Assembly: GCA_016342385.1 (NCBI GenBank) | Contig: JAEINM010000001.1 | Location: 1-47,899 of the forward strand | DNA: 47,899 nucleotides | Source of the DNA: Spirochaetaceae bacterium | GTDB lineage: Bacteria > Spirochaetota > Spirochaetia > DSM-2461 | Direction of reading: 5' to 3' | Shown here: positions 1 to 11,252 of the stretch, in pieces | Layout: the number at the start of each line of letters is the position of its first letter | Numbering within the stretch: position 1 is the stretch's first letter | Position numbers and translations under genes: made by a program | Notes under the pieces: model-generated | Databases searched by the model: none | Seen by the model: only the letters and a program-made list of their open reading frames with translations | Told to the model about the DNA's origin: nothing

Positions 1-1
1 A

Positions 2-1957
2 GCTGATAACTGGAAGAATATAAGAGTCTCTGAAAACTTCAATCCTCACAAAGTTGAGAACAATAAATTTTATGGGCTCATTAGAATCGGAGAAATAGAT
101 GATATCTATCTCGATTTCCATGATCTGCATCAGCCTGCCGGAATATATAACAGTACTATTATTTCCTGTGATATTGGTTCCAACGTATCCATTAACAATG
201 TTAGATATCTCTCTCATTATATAATCAGAGATACTGTCATTCTCTCGAATATCGATGAAATGGTCACGACAAGTTATGCAAAATTCGGAAATGGAATCAT
301 AAAGGAAAATGAAGATGAAGATATCCGGATAAAAATTGAAGTCTGCAATGAAAATGGAAACAGAGCTATTATGCCCTATGATGGAATGGTTTCTGCCGAT
401 GCTTTTTTGTGGTCTAAATACCGGGATGATTCAGAATTGATGGAGAAGTTCAAAGAATTTACCCAAACACGATACGATGATAAGAGAGGCTATTATGGCA
501 CAGTCGGTGAATATACGGTTATAAAAAACTGCCGAATAATCAAAGATGTCAAAATTGGTTCCCATGCTTACATAAAGGGCTGTAACAAACTTAAAAATCT
601 GACTATTAACAGTGAAAGCGCGTCGTCAACTCAGCTCGGTGAAGGTATAGAGCTGGTAAATGGAGTAATTGGCTTCGGTTGCCGTGTTTTTTACGGTGTA
701 AAAGCAATTAGATTTATCCTCTCCGATTATTCTACACTCAAATATGGTGCCAGATTAATCAATTCTTTTCTGGGTTCTAACTCGACAATATCCTGCTGTG
801 AAGTCCTTAATGCTTTAATTTTTCCAGGACATGAACAACATCACAATAATTCATTTCTCTGCGCTGCAACTTTACTGGGCCAGAGCAACATTGCCTCGGG
901 AGCAACAGTAGGTTCAAACCACAACTCCAGAGCAAATGATGGAGAGATAGTTGCCGGTAGAGGTTTCTGGCCGGGGCTTTGTACAAGTTTGAAGCACAAT
1001 TCTCTCTTCAGTTCTTTTAATCTACTGGCCAAAGGAGCCTATCCGGCGGAGATTAATAATCCTTTCCCCTTTTCTTTATTGTCCAACAACGAAAAAGAGG
1101 GAGAATTAACTATTATTCCCGCCTACTGGTTTATGTATAATTTGTATGCTCTGGAGCGAAACTCATGGAAATATTCTGTAAGAGACAATCGAAAAAACAA
1201 AAAGTTGGATCTGGAATTAAATTATCTTGCCCCGGATACTGTCAATGAGATGCTATCGGCTATGACATTAATAGAAAAGCTTATCTTAAATGATGAGGAA
1301 TATAAAAACTCTTCATTCAATAATGCGGAAGATTATCTTATATCCAACAGGGGTAAGGATCTAATAGTTCATAACATTGAAAACTCAAAAAGAAAGACCA
1401 GAATTCTGAAAAGTGGTCATGCCTACTGTGTCTATAAAGATTTTATATTGTATTACATTATTAGAAATATACTCGAGTACTGTGAAAATACAGATAAAAA
1501 GGTCGATGAAATCCTCTCCTCCTTATCTGCTGATACTATTGAAAATTGGGTCAGTATAGGTGGGCAGCTGATTAGAGAAAAAGACTTAGAAAATATCATT
1601 TTATCTGTAAAAAACGGATCGGTTAATTCATGGGAATCACTTCATAAAATATATTTGGACTTATCGGAAAAATATACTGCTCTTAAAATTAAACACTGTA
1701 TTTCAGTTTACAAGCAGATGTTCAACCAAGAACCAATAACTGGAAAAAAAGATAAATTCCAAAAACTTTGCCATTACATTTTTGAAGAAACATTTAAATC
1801 AAGACAAAAAGATTATTTTAACGAATTCAGATTGAGCACATATAATTCAAAAGAAGAGATGGAAGAGGTTATGGGGAAACTTGAAGACAACAGCTTTATC
1901 CAAATCAATAAAGAAGAAATGGAAAAGCTCATATCTTTATCAGAGAAATATCTGTAA
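2..1957 (+). CDS. DUF4954-family protein, 5'-truncated by the window edge
   Basis: The frame is open from nt 2 (ADNWKNIRVSENFNPHKV...) into the listed 260..1957 ORF. Beta-helix-like repeats and HEQHHNNSFL / GSNHNSR motifs are recalled from DUF4954 proteins. Confidence 0.7.
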   Translation, partial: ADNWKNIRVSENFNPHKVENNKFYGLIRIGEIDDIYLDFHDLHQPAGIYNSTIISCDIGSNVSINNVRYLSHYIIRDTVILSNIDEMVTTSYAKFGNGIIKENEDEDIRIKIEVCNENGNRAIMPYDGMVSADAFLWSKYRDDSELMEKFKEFTQTRYDDKRGYYGTVGEYTVIKNCRIIKDVKIGSHAYIKGCNKLKNLTINSESASSTQLGEGIELVNGVIGFGCRVFYGVKAIRFILSDYSTLKYGARLINSFLGSNSTISCCEVLNALIFPGHEQHHNNSFLCAATLLGQSNIASGATVGSNHNSRANDGEIVAGRGFWPGLCTSLKHNSLFSSFNLLAKGAYPAEINNPFPFSLLSNNEKEGELTIIPAYWFMYNLYALERNSWKYSVRDNRKNKKLDLELNYLAPDTVNEMLSAMTLIEKLILNDEEYKNSSFNNAEDYLISNRGKDLIVHNIENSKRKTRILKSGHAYCVYKDFILYYIIRNILEYCENTDKKVDEILSSLSADTIENWVSIGGQLIREKDLENIILSVKNGSVNSWESLHKIYLDLSEKYTALKIKHCISVYKQMFNQEPITGKKDKFQKLCHYIFEETFKSRQKDYFNEFRLSTYNSKEEMEEVMGKLEDNSFIQINKEEMEKLISLSEKYL

Positions 1958-2860
1958 TTACTTGTTTATAATATCGTATATTCTATCAAGGTCATCGGGT
2001 GAGTAGTAAGTTATTTCTATTTTTCCTTTATTTATATTTCCCTTAACTTGTACTTTAGTACCGAATATATCAATAAATTTCTGTTCGACACTCATTATTT
2101 CCGGTATTTTCTTTTTCGCTATTTGATCTTTTTTTCCTGCGGGTCGTATTCCCTTATTCAGATCGGTCGCCATAGTTTCAGCTTCGCGGACAGACAAACC
2201 ATTATCTACTATTCGGTTGAATAAAATTCTCTGGTCAGCAGGATTGACAGTGGAGAGAATAGATCTGGCATGACCTGACGTGAGTTTTCCTTCGTTTAAT
2301 GAATCCTGCATATCTTCGGGCAATTTTAATAAGCGCAGACTGTTGGCTACTGTGGAGCGGTTTTTACCAACTCTTTCAGCAATATCCTGCTGGTTGAGGT
2401 TCATAGACTCCATGATATGGCGATAAGCTTTTGCTTCTTCTATGGGTTTAAGATTCTCTCTCTGTATATTTTCAATAAGAGCTATTTCAAGTTTATCTTC
2501 TTCGGAAAAAGATTTTATTATAAGAGGAAGCTTCTCAATTCCCGCAATATTCGAAGCTCTGTATCGTCTCTCCCCGGCAATAATGATATAAAATCCCCGA
2601 TTGTCGGGATCCTCTTCGGCTAAAACTGGCTGAATGACACCTTTCTGCTTTATAGATTCAGCCAGTTCCTGCAGAGAGATTTCATCAAATGATTTTCTGG
2701 GCTGATTGGGATTAGCTTTGATGTTTTCCAAAGGAACAAATACTATTTTGTTTTCTTTATTTTCATTATCCATTTCTGAGTAATTATTAATATCGATGAT
2801 TTCTGAGTTCAGTTCCAGAAGTGCATCCAGACCTTTCCCTAAAGCTTTATTTTTAGACAC
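1958..2860 (-). CDS. parB: ParB/Spo0J chromosome partitioning protein
   Basis: N-terminal LGKGLDALL, NPNQPRKSF, GERRYRA CTPase motif, ENIQRENL and HTH. GTG start overlaps the parA stop. Confidence 0.97.
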   Translation of the reverse strand: MSKNKALGKGLDALLELNSEIIDINNYSEMDNENKENKIVFVPLENIKANPNQPRKSFDEISLQELAESIKQKGVIQPVLAEEDPDNRGFYIIIAGERRYRASNIAGIEKLPLIIKSFSEEDKLEIALIENIQRENLKPIEEAKAYRHIMESMNLNQQDIAERVGKNRSTVANSLRLLKLPEDMQDSLNEGKLTSGHARSILSTVNPADQRILFNRIVDNGLSVREAETMATDLNKGIRPAGKKDQIAKKKIPEIMSVEQKFIDIFGTKVQVKGNINKGKIEITYYSPDDLDRIYDIINK

Positions 2861-3620
2861 GTTCTATTACCTCTAAGGCCAGTTTGTGATAGCTTCTGGC
2901 TCCTACGCATTGATTATCATATAAATTTATAGGAACTCCATGAGATGGAGCTTCTGTCAGTTTGATATTACGGGGAATAATCGTTTGAAAAAGGATTTCC
3001 GGATGTGTGGAAAACGTTGCTTTTACCTTATGGATGACTTCATTGCTCAATCGGGTTCTTGAATCATACATAGTAAAAACAATTCCCGCTATTTTCAGTC
3101 TTTTATTAACAGTCTGTTGAATACGCTTTACTGTTTGAAATAACATGGAAATAAATCCCTCCAATGCAAAAAATTCACATTGCAGTGGAACTATGACATA
3201 ATCTGCCGCAACAAATCCGTTTAAAGTTAAAACACCCAGAGAGGGGGGGCAATCGATGAGAATGTAATCAAATTGATCTTTTACAGAATCAAGTGCTTTT
3301 CTAAGAATAAACTCACGCCCTTCCATATCGACTAATTCTATCGTTGCACCGGATAAATTCAGGTTAGAAGTGACAATCGAAAGATTCTCCTGGACCGTTT
3401 CCATAATGACATCTTTTATATCCCTTTTAGAGGTTATGACTTCATAAATACCGTCCTGTTTATGAGAACAACCCACAGAACTTGAAAGATTACCCTGAGG
3501 ATCAAAATCCACAAGAAGAATTTTTTTTCCTTCTGATGCCATATAAGAACCTATGTTAACAGCAGTTGTTGTTTTTCCAACACCGCCTTTCTGGTTTGCA
3601 AAGACTATAGTTTTTCCCAT
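2853..3620 (-). CDS. parA: ParA/Soj ATPase
   Basis: NQKGGVGKTT deviant Walker A, DFDPQGN, DCPPSLG, EAPSHG. Start moved to ATG 3620 (MGKTIVF), which sits directly after a promoter. Confidence 0.97.
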   Translation of the reverse strand: MGKTIVFANQKGGVGKTTTAVNIGSYMASEGKKILLVDFDPQGNLSSSVGCSHKQDGIYEVITSKRDIKDVIMETVQENLSIVTSNLNLSGATIELVDMEGREFILRKALDSVKDQFDYILIDCPPSLGVLTLNGFVAADYVIVPLQCEFFALEGFISMLFQTVKRIQQTVNKRLKIAGIVFTMYDSRTRLSNEVIHKVKATFSTHPEILFQTIIPRNIKLTEAPSHGVPINLYDNQCVGARSYHKLALEVIERV

Positions 3621-3627
3621 AAAACCG

Positions 3628-3656
3628 ATTATACATGATTGTCTGTGTCTTGTCGA
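3628..3656 (-). promoter_or_regulatory. sigma70 promoter of parAB (TCGACA-N17-TATAAT), 7 nt before the ATG
   Basis: Minus strand reads TCGACA agacacagacaatcatg TATAAT cggtttt ATG. Confidence 0.75.
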
Positions 3657-3768
3657 TTGAGAAGGTTTTGCTGTCAATAAAATCTTCCGTCTTTGGGTCC
3701 TCGAAGACTTTACTATTTATAAATTAGTATTATATTCTCTATAGATAATAATATTTTAGAGGTAATTT

Positions 3769-3990
3769 ATGAAAGATAGAGTTGAAGCTGCTTTAAATGA
3801 TGTACGCCCCTCCCTTCAGGCAGATGGCGGAGATATTGAATTAGTAGAAATAAAAGATGATGGAACAGTCATGGTCAAACTGATGGGAGCTTGTAACGGT
3901 TGCCCCATGTCACAAATGACTTTGAAGCAGGGAGTGGAAAATTACTTAAAAAAAGCTGTTCCCGAAGTAAAATCTGTTGAATCAGTTTAA
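3769..3990 (+). CDS. NifU/NfuA C-terminal domain Fe-S carrier protein
   Basis: VRPSLQADGGDIELV and GACNGCPMS (CxxC). SD GAGGT upstream. Confidence 0.92.
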   Translation: MKDRVEAALNDVRPSLQADGGDIELVEIKDDGTVMVKLMGACNGCPMSQMTLKQGVENYLKKAVPEVKSVESV

Positions 3991-3996
3991 AATTAA

Positions 3997-4024
3997 CAAA
4001 GGTTCATACATAAACAGCCGATAA
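3997..4024 (+). promoter_or_regulatory. candidate sigma28 (FliA)-type promoter upstream of adenosine deaminase
   Basis: CAAA-N16-GCCGATAA; the -10 element matches consensus exactly. Confidence 0.4.
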
Positions 4025-4140
4025 TTGATATTGGATTGGATTGAATTTATAGATTTTTGATCTAATGTATATAATACAGCACATTATTTATAGATGATGT
4101 GTTGTATTATTATTTCAATATATATAATTTCGGAGTATTT

Positions 4141-5220
4141 ATGAGAAGTAGTAGTAAGGCGAAAGCTGACTCACTGCTAGACAAATCACTAATGAAAGAC
4201 TTTCCAAAAGTTGAACTGCACAGGCATCTTGAGGGAATGTTTTCTATTGAACATCTTTTTGAATTATCATTAAAGAACAACCTTGATACACCAGGTGATT
4301 TTAATGAATTTAAAAAAATGTTTCAGTTTCCAAAGGATTCTGGTCCTGATTTTCTCCTTTTCTTATCTAAATTTAAGAGATTCTGGTATAGATCTTATGA
4401 GGATATTGATTTCATCGTTTATCATTCTGTCCTGACTCTGAAAGATGAAGGACTGATTTATCTGGAATTGAGATTTTCACCTGAGCACTTTGCTGAATTT
4501 AATGATTTCGACAGAGTAAAAGTTACAAAGGTTGTTATTGATGCGGCCAACAGAGCAGCTAAAGAAATTAAACTTCCCATCAATTACTTATTAACATTTA
4601 ACAGAATGTTCCAGACAGCTCAGAATATGATAGAATTACATCAGAAAATTGACAAATTGGAGATTCCGAAAATAGTAGGGATTGATTTGGCTGGAGATGA
4701 GATTAATTACGCTCCAGAATTATTTATACCTTTTTTCGATTACATTCAATCCTTAAACAGATTCGGTATCGATATTCATGCCGGTGAAGTTTCAGAGGCT
4801 ACGCAAATTTGGAGTTCAATATTAAAACTGCATGCTACTCGTATCGGTCATGGAATTTCTGCAATAAAGGATTCAAAATTATTAAGCTATTTAAAGAAAA
4901 ATCAAATATATCTCTGTCAGTGCATCACATCAAACTATCAGACTGGAGCATGGGTTGAATCTGAAAAACATCCCATAGATCAGTTATACAGACAGGGATA
5001 CCCTGTATGTATCAATTCTGATGATCCAACAATTCAAGACACGGATTTAACAGATGATTATATCAAATGTGTACGTTTTTTTCATTTTACAGCTCAAGAT
5101 TTTTACAATCTCAATATAAATGCCATCAATGCCGCTTTTCTCTCAGAAAAGGAAAAGTCTCAACTTAAAAAATTGTTTGATATCAAATACAAGGAATTTC
5201 TTAAAAAGTTAAAACATTAA
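4141..5220 (+). CDS. add: adenosine/adenine deaminase family protein
   Basis: PKVELHRHLEG, DLAGDE, HAGE, RIGHG and NSDDP metal/catalytic motifs. ATG 4141 follows GGAG. Confidence 0.88.
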   Translation: MRSSSKAKADSLLDKSLMKDFPKVELHRHLEGMFSIEHLFELSLKNNLDTPGDFNEFKKMFQFPKDSGPDFLLFLSKFKRFWYRSYEDIDFIVYHSVLTLKDEGLIYLELRFSPEHFAEFNDFDRVKVTKVVIDAANRAAKEIKLPINYLLTFNRMFQTAQNMIELHQKIDKLEIPKIVGIDLAGDEINYAPELFIPFFDYIQSLNRFGIDIHAGEVSEATQIWSSILKLHATRIGHGISAIKDSKLLSYLKKNQIYLCQCITSNYQTGAWVESEKHPIDQLYRQGYPVCINSDDPTIQDTDLTDDYIKCVRFFHFTAQDFYNLNINAINAAFLSEKEKSQLKKLFDIKYKEFLKKLKH

Positions 5221-5381
5221 CAATTTATCCACAGGACAAGATTACTGACAAAAAGCTTAAGATCACCATTATGACAAATTAAAGCACATTAATTCCTTAT
5301 AATACAATGAATTAATTTTTATCATTATCTTATTTGAAGTTTATATATTCAAAATAATAAACCATTAACAGTTTATCCACA
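5214..5381 (+). promoter_or_regulatory. DnaA-box pair cluster A
   Basis: TTATCCACA at 5225-5233 and 5373-5381. Each is preceded 2 nt upstream by a degenerate xCATTAACA box. Confidence 0.8.
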
Positions 5382-5396
5382 GGTTATAGACAATGA

Positions 5397-5412
5397 TGTT
5401 TCACGTGAAACA
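5397..5412. promoter_or_regulatory. parS site 1
   Basis: Exact consensus palindrome TGTTTCACGTGAAACA. Confidence 0.95.
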
Positions 5413-6293
5413 ACACTGTTAATAACAGATAGTAATAAGCGAGCATTTAATAATTAAAGCATTTTAACTCCCTCCTTAGAAGAATAGCTACCATTTATTG
5501 ACACTGTCTCTACGAGTAAATTATTAGATGTAAACCCTATTTGCCTCAGAACAAGAAGAACTTCAACTATATAAAGAAAACATATACTTCTCGATTATGC
5601 CCAGTGTTTCTCCATAAAATATGACCACTTATTTTTGTATTTACTTAACTTTTTTTGGTATTTATCACATTAAAGATCATACCCAATACCCACTTCTCCC
5701 CAATAGGAGAAAGAAATAAAAAATTCTCCTATAAAAAAAGGATAGTCTTCAATAAGGTTTAAAGTATGTTTTCCTTATGATTCATATCTAACTTACTTGG
5801 TGAATATTTTTCATTGTTTCATTACTCCTGAAAATTGCTCAATTCTGTTTTATACGATTCATCTAGATCGCCAGAAAAAGGATAATAATATAAAACAATA
5901 GTTTCCTCTATTGAGATATAAATAGATTTAAGCCGGACAGTATAGATTCTTAAAAAATAAATAAAACAATACTCCCTTATAGTTATCCTTATGGGAAAGT
6001 GGGGCTTTTCCATTGTTTATAGTATTTGCCTATTTGTGGAGAGTAAACTATTCAGGGTAGTATCCATCGGGGGAACTATAAAGTTATTTAATTTGCAAAT
6101 ATTTTAACATCACTGCTTTAAAGCCATATATGCATTCTTCGATGAATAAAAAGTTTAGTATGGCTTATAGGATTGTTATTGCTTTCTATCCTTCGCATTG
6201 ATTAAAAAGTAGGAACTGTTAGAAGACCTGATTTTTCCCATTAATTGATTTTTGGATAAAAAAGTTAGAAACAAAAAAAGCTATCATATAATA

Positions 6294-6309
6294 TGTTTCA
6301 CGTGAAACA
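6294..6309. promoter_or_regulatory. parS site 2 (within a 34-bp perfect palindrome 6285-6318)
   Basis: Exact TGTTTCACGTGAAACA. Confidence 0.95.
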
Positions 6310-6330
6310 TATTATATGGTTTAATAATTA

Positions 6331-6371
6331 AGAAAAAGGGTTATCTCGTATAATGGAAATAACCCTTTTCT
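6331..6371 (-). terminator. intrinsic terminator of gyrBA
   Basis: Minus strand AAAAGGGTTATTTC-loop-GAGATAACCCTTTTT, about 30 nt after the gyrA stop. Confidence 0.75.
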
Positions 6372-6378
6372 ATTGTTG

Positions 6379-6394
6379 TGTTTTACGTGAAACA
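6379..6394. promoter_or_regulatory. parS site 3 (one mismatch)
   Basis: TGTTTTACGTGAAACA. Confidence 0.85.
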
Positions 6395-6401
6395 GTTTGA
6401 A

Positions 6402-8954
6402 TTAATCAAACAAAGAAGGTTCGTCCTTATCCTCAGGTATTTCCTCTCCATCAGAGACATCTATCACATTTTCCTCTGTTCCGCTATCTGGGCTTTCATC
6501 TTCATCATCGTCATCTTCGTTTTCAGATCTAGCTACACCCATAAGAGAATCATCGTCAGATATATTGACTATTTTAACTCCTAGAGCATTTCGTCCGAGT
6601 ATTGAAACATTAGATAAAGCCAGTTTTATTGTTTTTCCTAAAGAAGTCATACAAAGAAGGCTGTCTGTATCATTAACTGTTATGGCACTTATTAGTTTTC
6701 CTGTTTTTTCAGTAACATTGTAGGCTTTTTGTCCTTGTGTCCCTCTTCCATGGGGATTAAACTCATCAAACTCCGTTCTTTTACCAAAACCGTATTCAGA
6801 AATCATAAAAATCTGTTCATTTTCTTTTCTAATGGCTACACCAACCAGGATATCGTCTTTGTCACCCAGTTTTATACCTCTTACACCGTGGGAATTGCGA
6901 CCCATGGCTCGGACTTTGCTTTCGTGAAATCGCAGTCCCTTCCCGTTTCGGGTAAAAAGCATAACATCATCATCACCTGTTGTCAGTTCGGCTTTTATGA
7001 GCTTATCCCCCTCATCCAGGACTATCGCGGCAATACCTCTTGTTTTGGCATTTCTAAAGGCATAGGTCGACACCCTTTTGACTACAGCTTTTTCAGTTGC
7101 CATAAATAAATAGGTGTCTTCAGTGAATTCGTCGATCTGAACAGTAGTTGTTATTTCTTCATCAGGTAAAAATTCAAAAATAGTTTTTAGATGCTTACCT
7201 CTGGAACCTCTTGTTCCTTCAGGGATTTCATATACTTTTAGCCAGTAAGCTTTGCCCAGAGTCGTAACAAACATAATTTTATCATGTGTGGACGCAATAA
7301 AAATATGCTCCAGATAGTCATCATCCTTTAGTTTGGTTGAATTAGATCCTTTTCCGCCTCTTGCCTGTTCTTTGTAGGCAGTTAAAGGTATTCTTTTTAT
7401 AAATCCTCTGTTTGAAATAAGAACAACAACATCTTCTTTTTCAATGAGATCTTCCATTATCATTCCATTTATTTCTTCATTGAGAATCTCAGTACGTCTT
7501 TCGTCACCATATTTTTCGGATAACTCGGAAGTTTCCTCTTTTATTACTTCAAGAATTTTGCCTTTATCAGCCAATAAACTCTCGAGATAGGCTATAAGCT
7601 CTCTAATTTCTAATAATTCATCAATTATTTTTTGTGTTTCCAGACTTGTCAATTTCTGTAATCTCATGTCTAGAATTGCCTGAGCTTGAACTTCAGAAAA
7701 TTCAAATCTTGCCATTAAACTGGCTCTGGCTATATTTACATTACTGGAGGCTTTAATAATCTGAATTATTTCATCGATATTATCGAGGGCAATTTTCAGA
7801 CCTTCCAAGATATGTTCTCTATCTTTTGCTTTCTTTAAATCAAAGATTGTTCTTCTGGTAATAACATCAACTCTATGCTCAATAAAAGCAGTTAGCATAT
7901 CCTTCAGATTACAAAGTTTAGGCATACCATTAACAAGAGCCAGGTTATTAACATTGAAATTTGATTGAAGACTTGTATGATTAAATAATAAATTCAAAGT
8001 GACTTTTGCTGAAACGGTTTTTTTCAGTTCTATAACAATGCGCATCCCATTTCTATCAGATTCGTCTCTAATATCTGAAATGCCATCAATCCGTTTATCT
8101 CTAACTAAATCAGCTATTTTTACTATAAGATTAGCTTTATTTACCATATAGGGGAGTTCAGTTACAATTATTGCTTCTTTATCAGCCCTAATCTCTTCAA
8201 TTGTACACCGTGCTCTAACAGTAATTTTACCTTTACCCGTAAATGCGGCATCTCTTATACCTATTCTTCCATAAATAATACCTGCCTGAGGAAAATCAGG
8301 TCCTTTAACATGAGTTAATAACTCATCAATAGTAATTTCACTATTATCAATAGTAGCATTTATAGCTGAACATACCTCTGTAAGACTATGAGGTGCCATA
8401 TTTGTCGCCATACCAACTGCAATACCACTAGCTCCATTTACCAGTAAAAAGGGGAAAGCCGTTGGCAAAACTAATGGCTCTTTCATGGAATCATCATAGT
8501 TGGGGCCAAAATCAATAGTTTCTTTTTTAATATCTCTTAACATGGCTTCAGTAACTTTAGCCATTTTAGCTTCTGTATAACGCATGGCTGCAGGTGGGTC
8601 CCCATCAATAGAACCAAAGTTTCCCTGCCCCTGAACAACAGGGATTCTCAATGAAAAATCCTGGGCTAATCGAACAAGAGCATCGTAAATAGACTGGTCA
8701 CCATGAGGATGATATTTACCTAAGACATCCCCGACAATACGACCACATTTTTTATAGGTCCTTTCGTTTCTAAGTCCCATTTCATTCATTGCATATAAAA
8801 TACGTCTATGAACCGGTTTTAAGCCATCTCTCACATCGGGAAGTGCTCTACTGACAATAACCGACATAGCATAGTTTAAATAAGATTCTTTTACCTCATC
8901 TTCAATGGCTATGGGTATTATTCTATCATTTTTACCCTTAATTATATCACTCAT
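6402..8954 (-). CDS. gyrA: DNA gyrase subunit A
   Basis: [29 protein letters not shown] catalytic Tyr, GyrA-box QARGGKG and acidic tail. Confidence 0.99.
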   Translation of the reverse strand: MSDIIKGKNDRIIPIAIEDEVKESYLNYAMSVIVSRALPDVRDGLKPVHRRILYAMNEMGLRNERTYKKCGRIVGDVLGKYHPHGDQSIYDALVRLAQDFSLRIPVVQGQGNFGSIDGDPPAAMRYTEAKMAKVTEAMLRDIKKETIDFGPNYDDSMKEPLVLPTAFPFLLVNGASGIAVGMATNMAPHSLTEVCSAINATIDNSEITIDELLTHVKGPDFPQAGIIYGRIGIRDAAFTGKGKITVRARCTIEEIRADKEAIIVTELPYMVNKANLIVKIADLVRDKRIDGISDIRDESDRNGMRIVIELKKTVSAKVTLNLLFNHTSLQSNFNVNNLALVNGMPKLCNLKDMLTAFIEHRVDVITRRTIFDLKKAKDREHILEGLKIALDNIDEIIQIIKASSNVNIARASLMARFEFSEVQAQAILDMRLQKLTSLETQKIIDELLEIRELIAYLESLLADKGKILEVIKEETSELSEKYGDERRTEILNEEINGMIMEDLIEKEDVVVLISNRGFIKRIPLTAYKEQARGGKGSNSTKLKDDDYLEHIFIASTHDKIMFVTTLGKAYWLKVYEIPEGTRGSRGKHLKTIFEFLPDEEITTTVQIDEFTEDTYLFMATEKAVVKRVSTYAFRNAKTRGIAAIVLDEGDKLIKAELTTGDDDVMLFTRNGKGLRFHESKVRAMGRNSHGVRGIKLGDKDDILVGVAIRKENEQIFMISEYGFGKRTEFDEFNPHGRGTQGQKAYNVTEKTGKLISAITVNDTDSLLCMTSLGKTIKLALSNVSILGRNALGVKIVNISDDDSLMGVARSENEDDDDEDESPDSGTEENVIDVSDGEEIPEDKDEPSLFD

Positions 8955-8968
8955 GAAAAATCCTTATC

Positions 8969-10882
<1,914 letters not shown>

Positions 10883-11033
10883 CTACCTGTTTGTATAATT
10901 TAAACATATTTAAAATATAGTTGTGAAAAGATAAATAAGTATATCTACAGATAATGAAAAAGTAAAGATCGATATATGCTTGCAACTTGAGTAATTCTCA
11001 AATAAAATGATCTAGATTTGTTATTTGATAATA

Positions 11034-11240
11034 TGTGGATAAAGTTCAATATTTGTTTATATTGTAAAAGTTTATCTTTTTTTGAATTATCCTTTATATA
11101 TCAAATTTTCCAATTAGTCTGTGTATAACTTTTAATTGCTTTATATATAAGCAATTAAATTATTTTTTTACTGAATTATGCACAACTGAAACTTTAAATA
11201 AATTATTTACAAAATTTGATTAATCTAATTAATATTAACA
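11034..11240. promoter_or_regulatory. DnaA-box cluster B in the divergent gyrB/dnaA promoter region
   Basis: TGTGGATAA 11034-11042, TGTGTATAA 11120-11128, TTATGCACA 11176-11184 and degenerate ATATTAACA 11232-11240. Confidence 0.8.
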
Positions 11241-11252
11241 AATGGAGAGTTT

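Noticed and set aside
2853-3990. A Borrelia-type ParZ gene next to parA
   Set aside because: parA overlaps parB directly, and the upstream gene is a clear NifU-domain protein.
5822-6013. 63-aa ORF in the parS spacer
   Set aside because: No SD and no recognisable motif; expected by chance.
6378-6584. 68-aa ORF starting MFYVKQ
   Set aside because: It is the translation of parS3 (the familiar MFHVK-type artefact) running antisense to gyrA.
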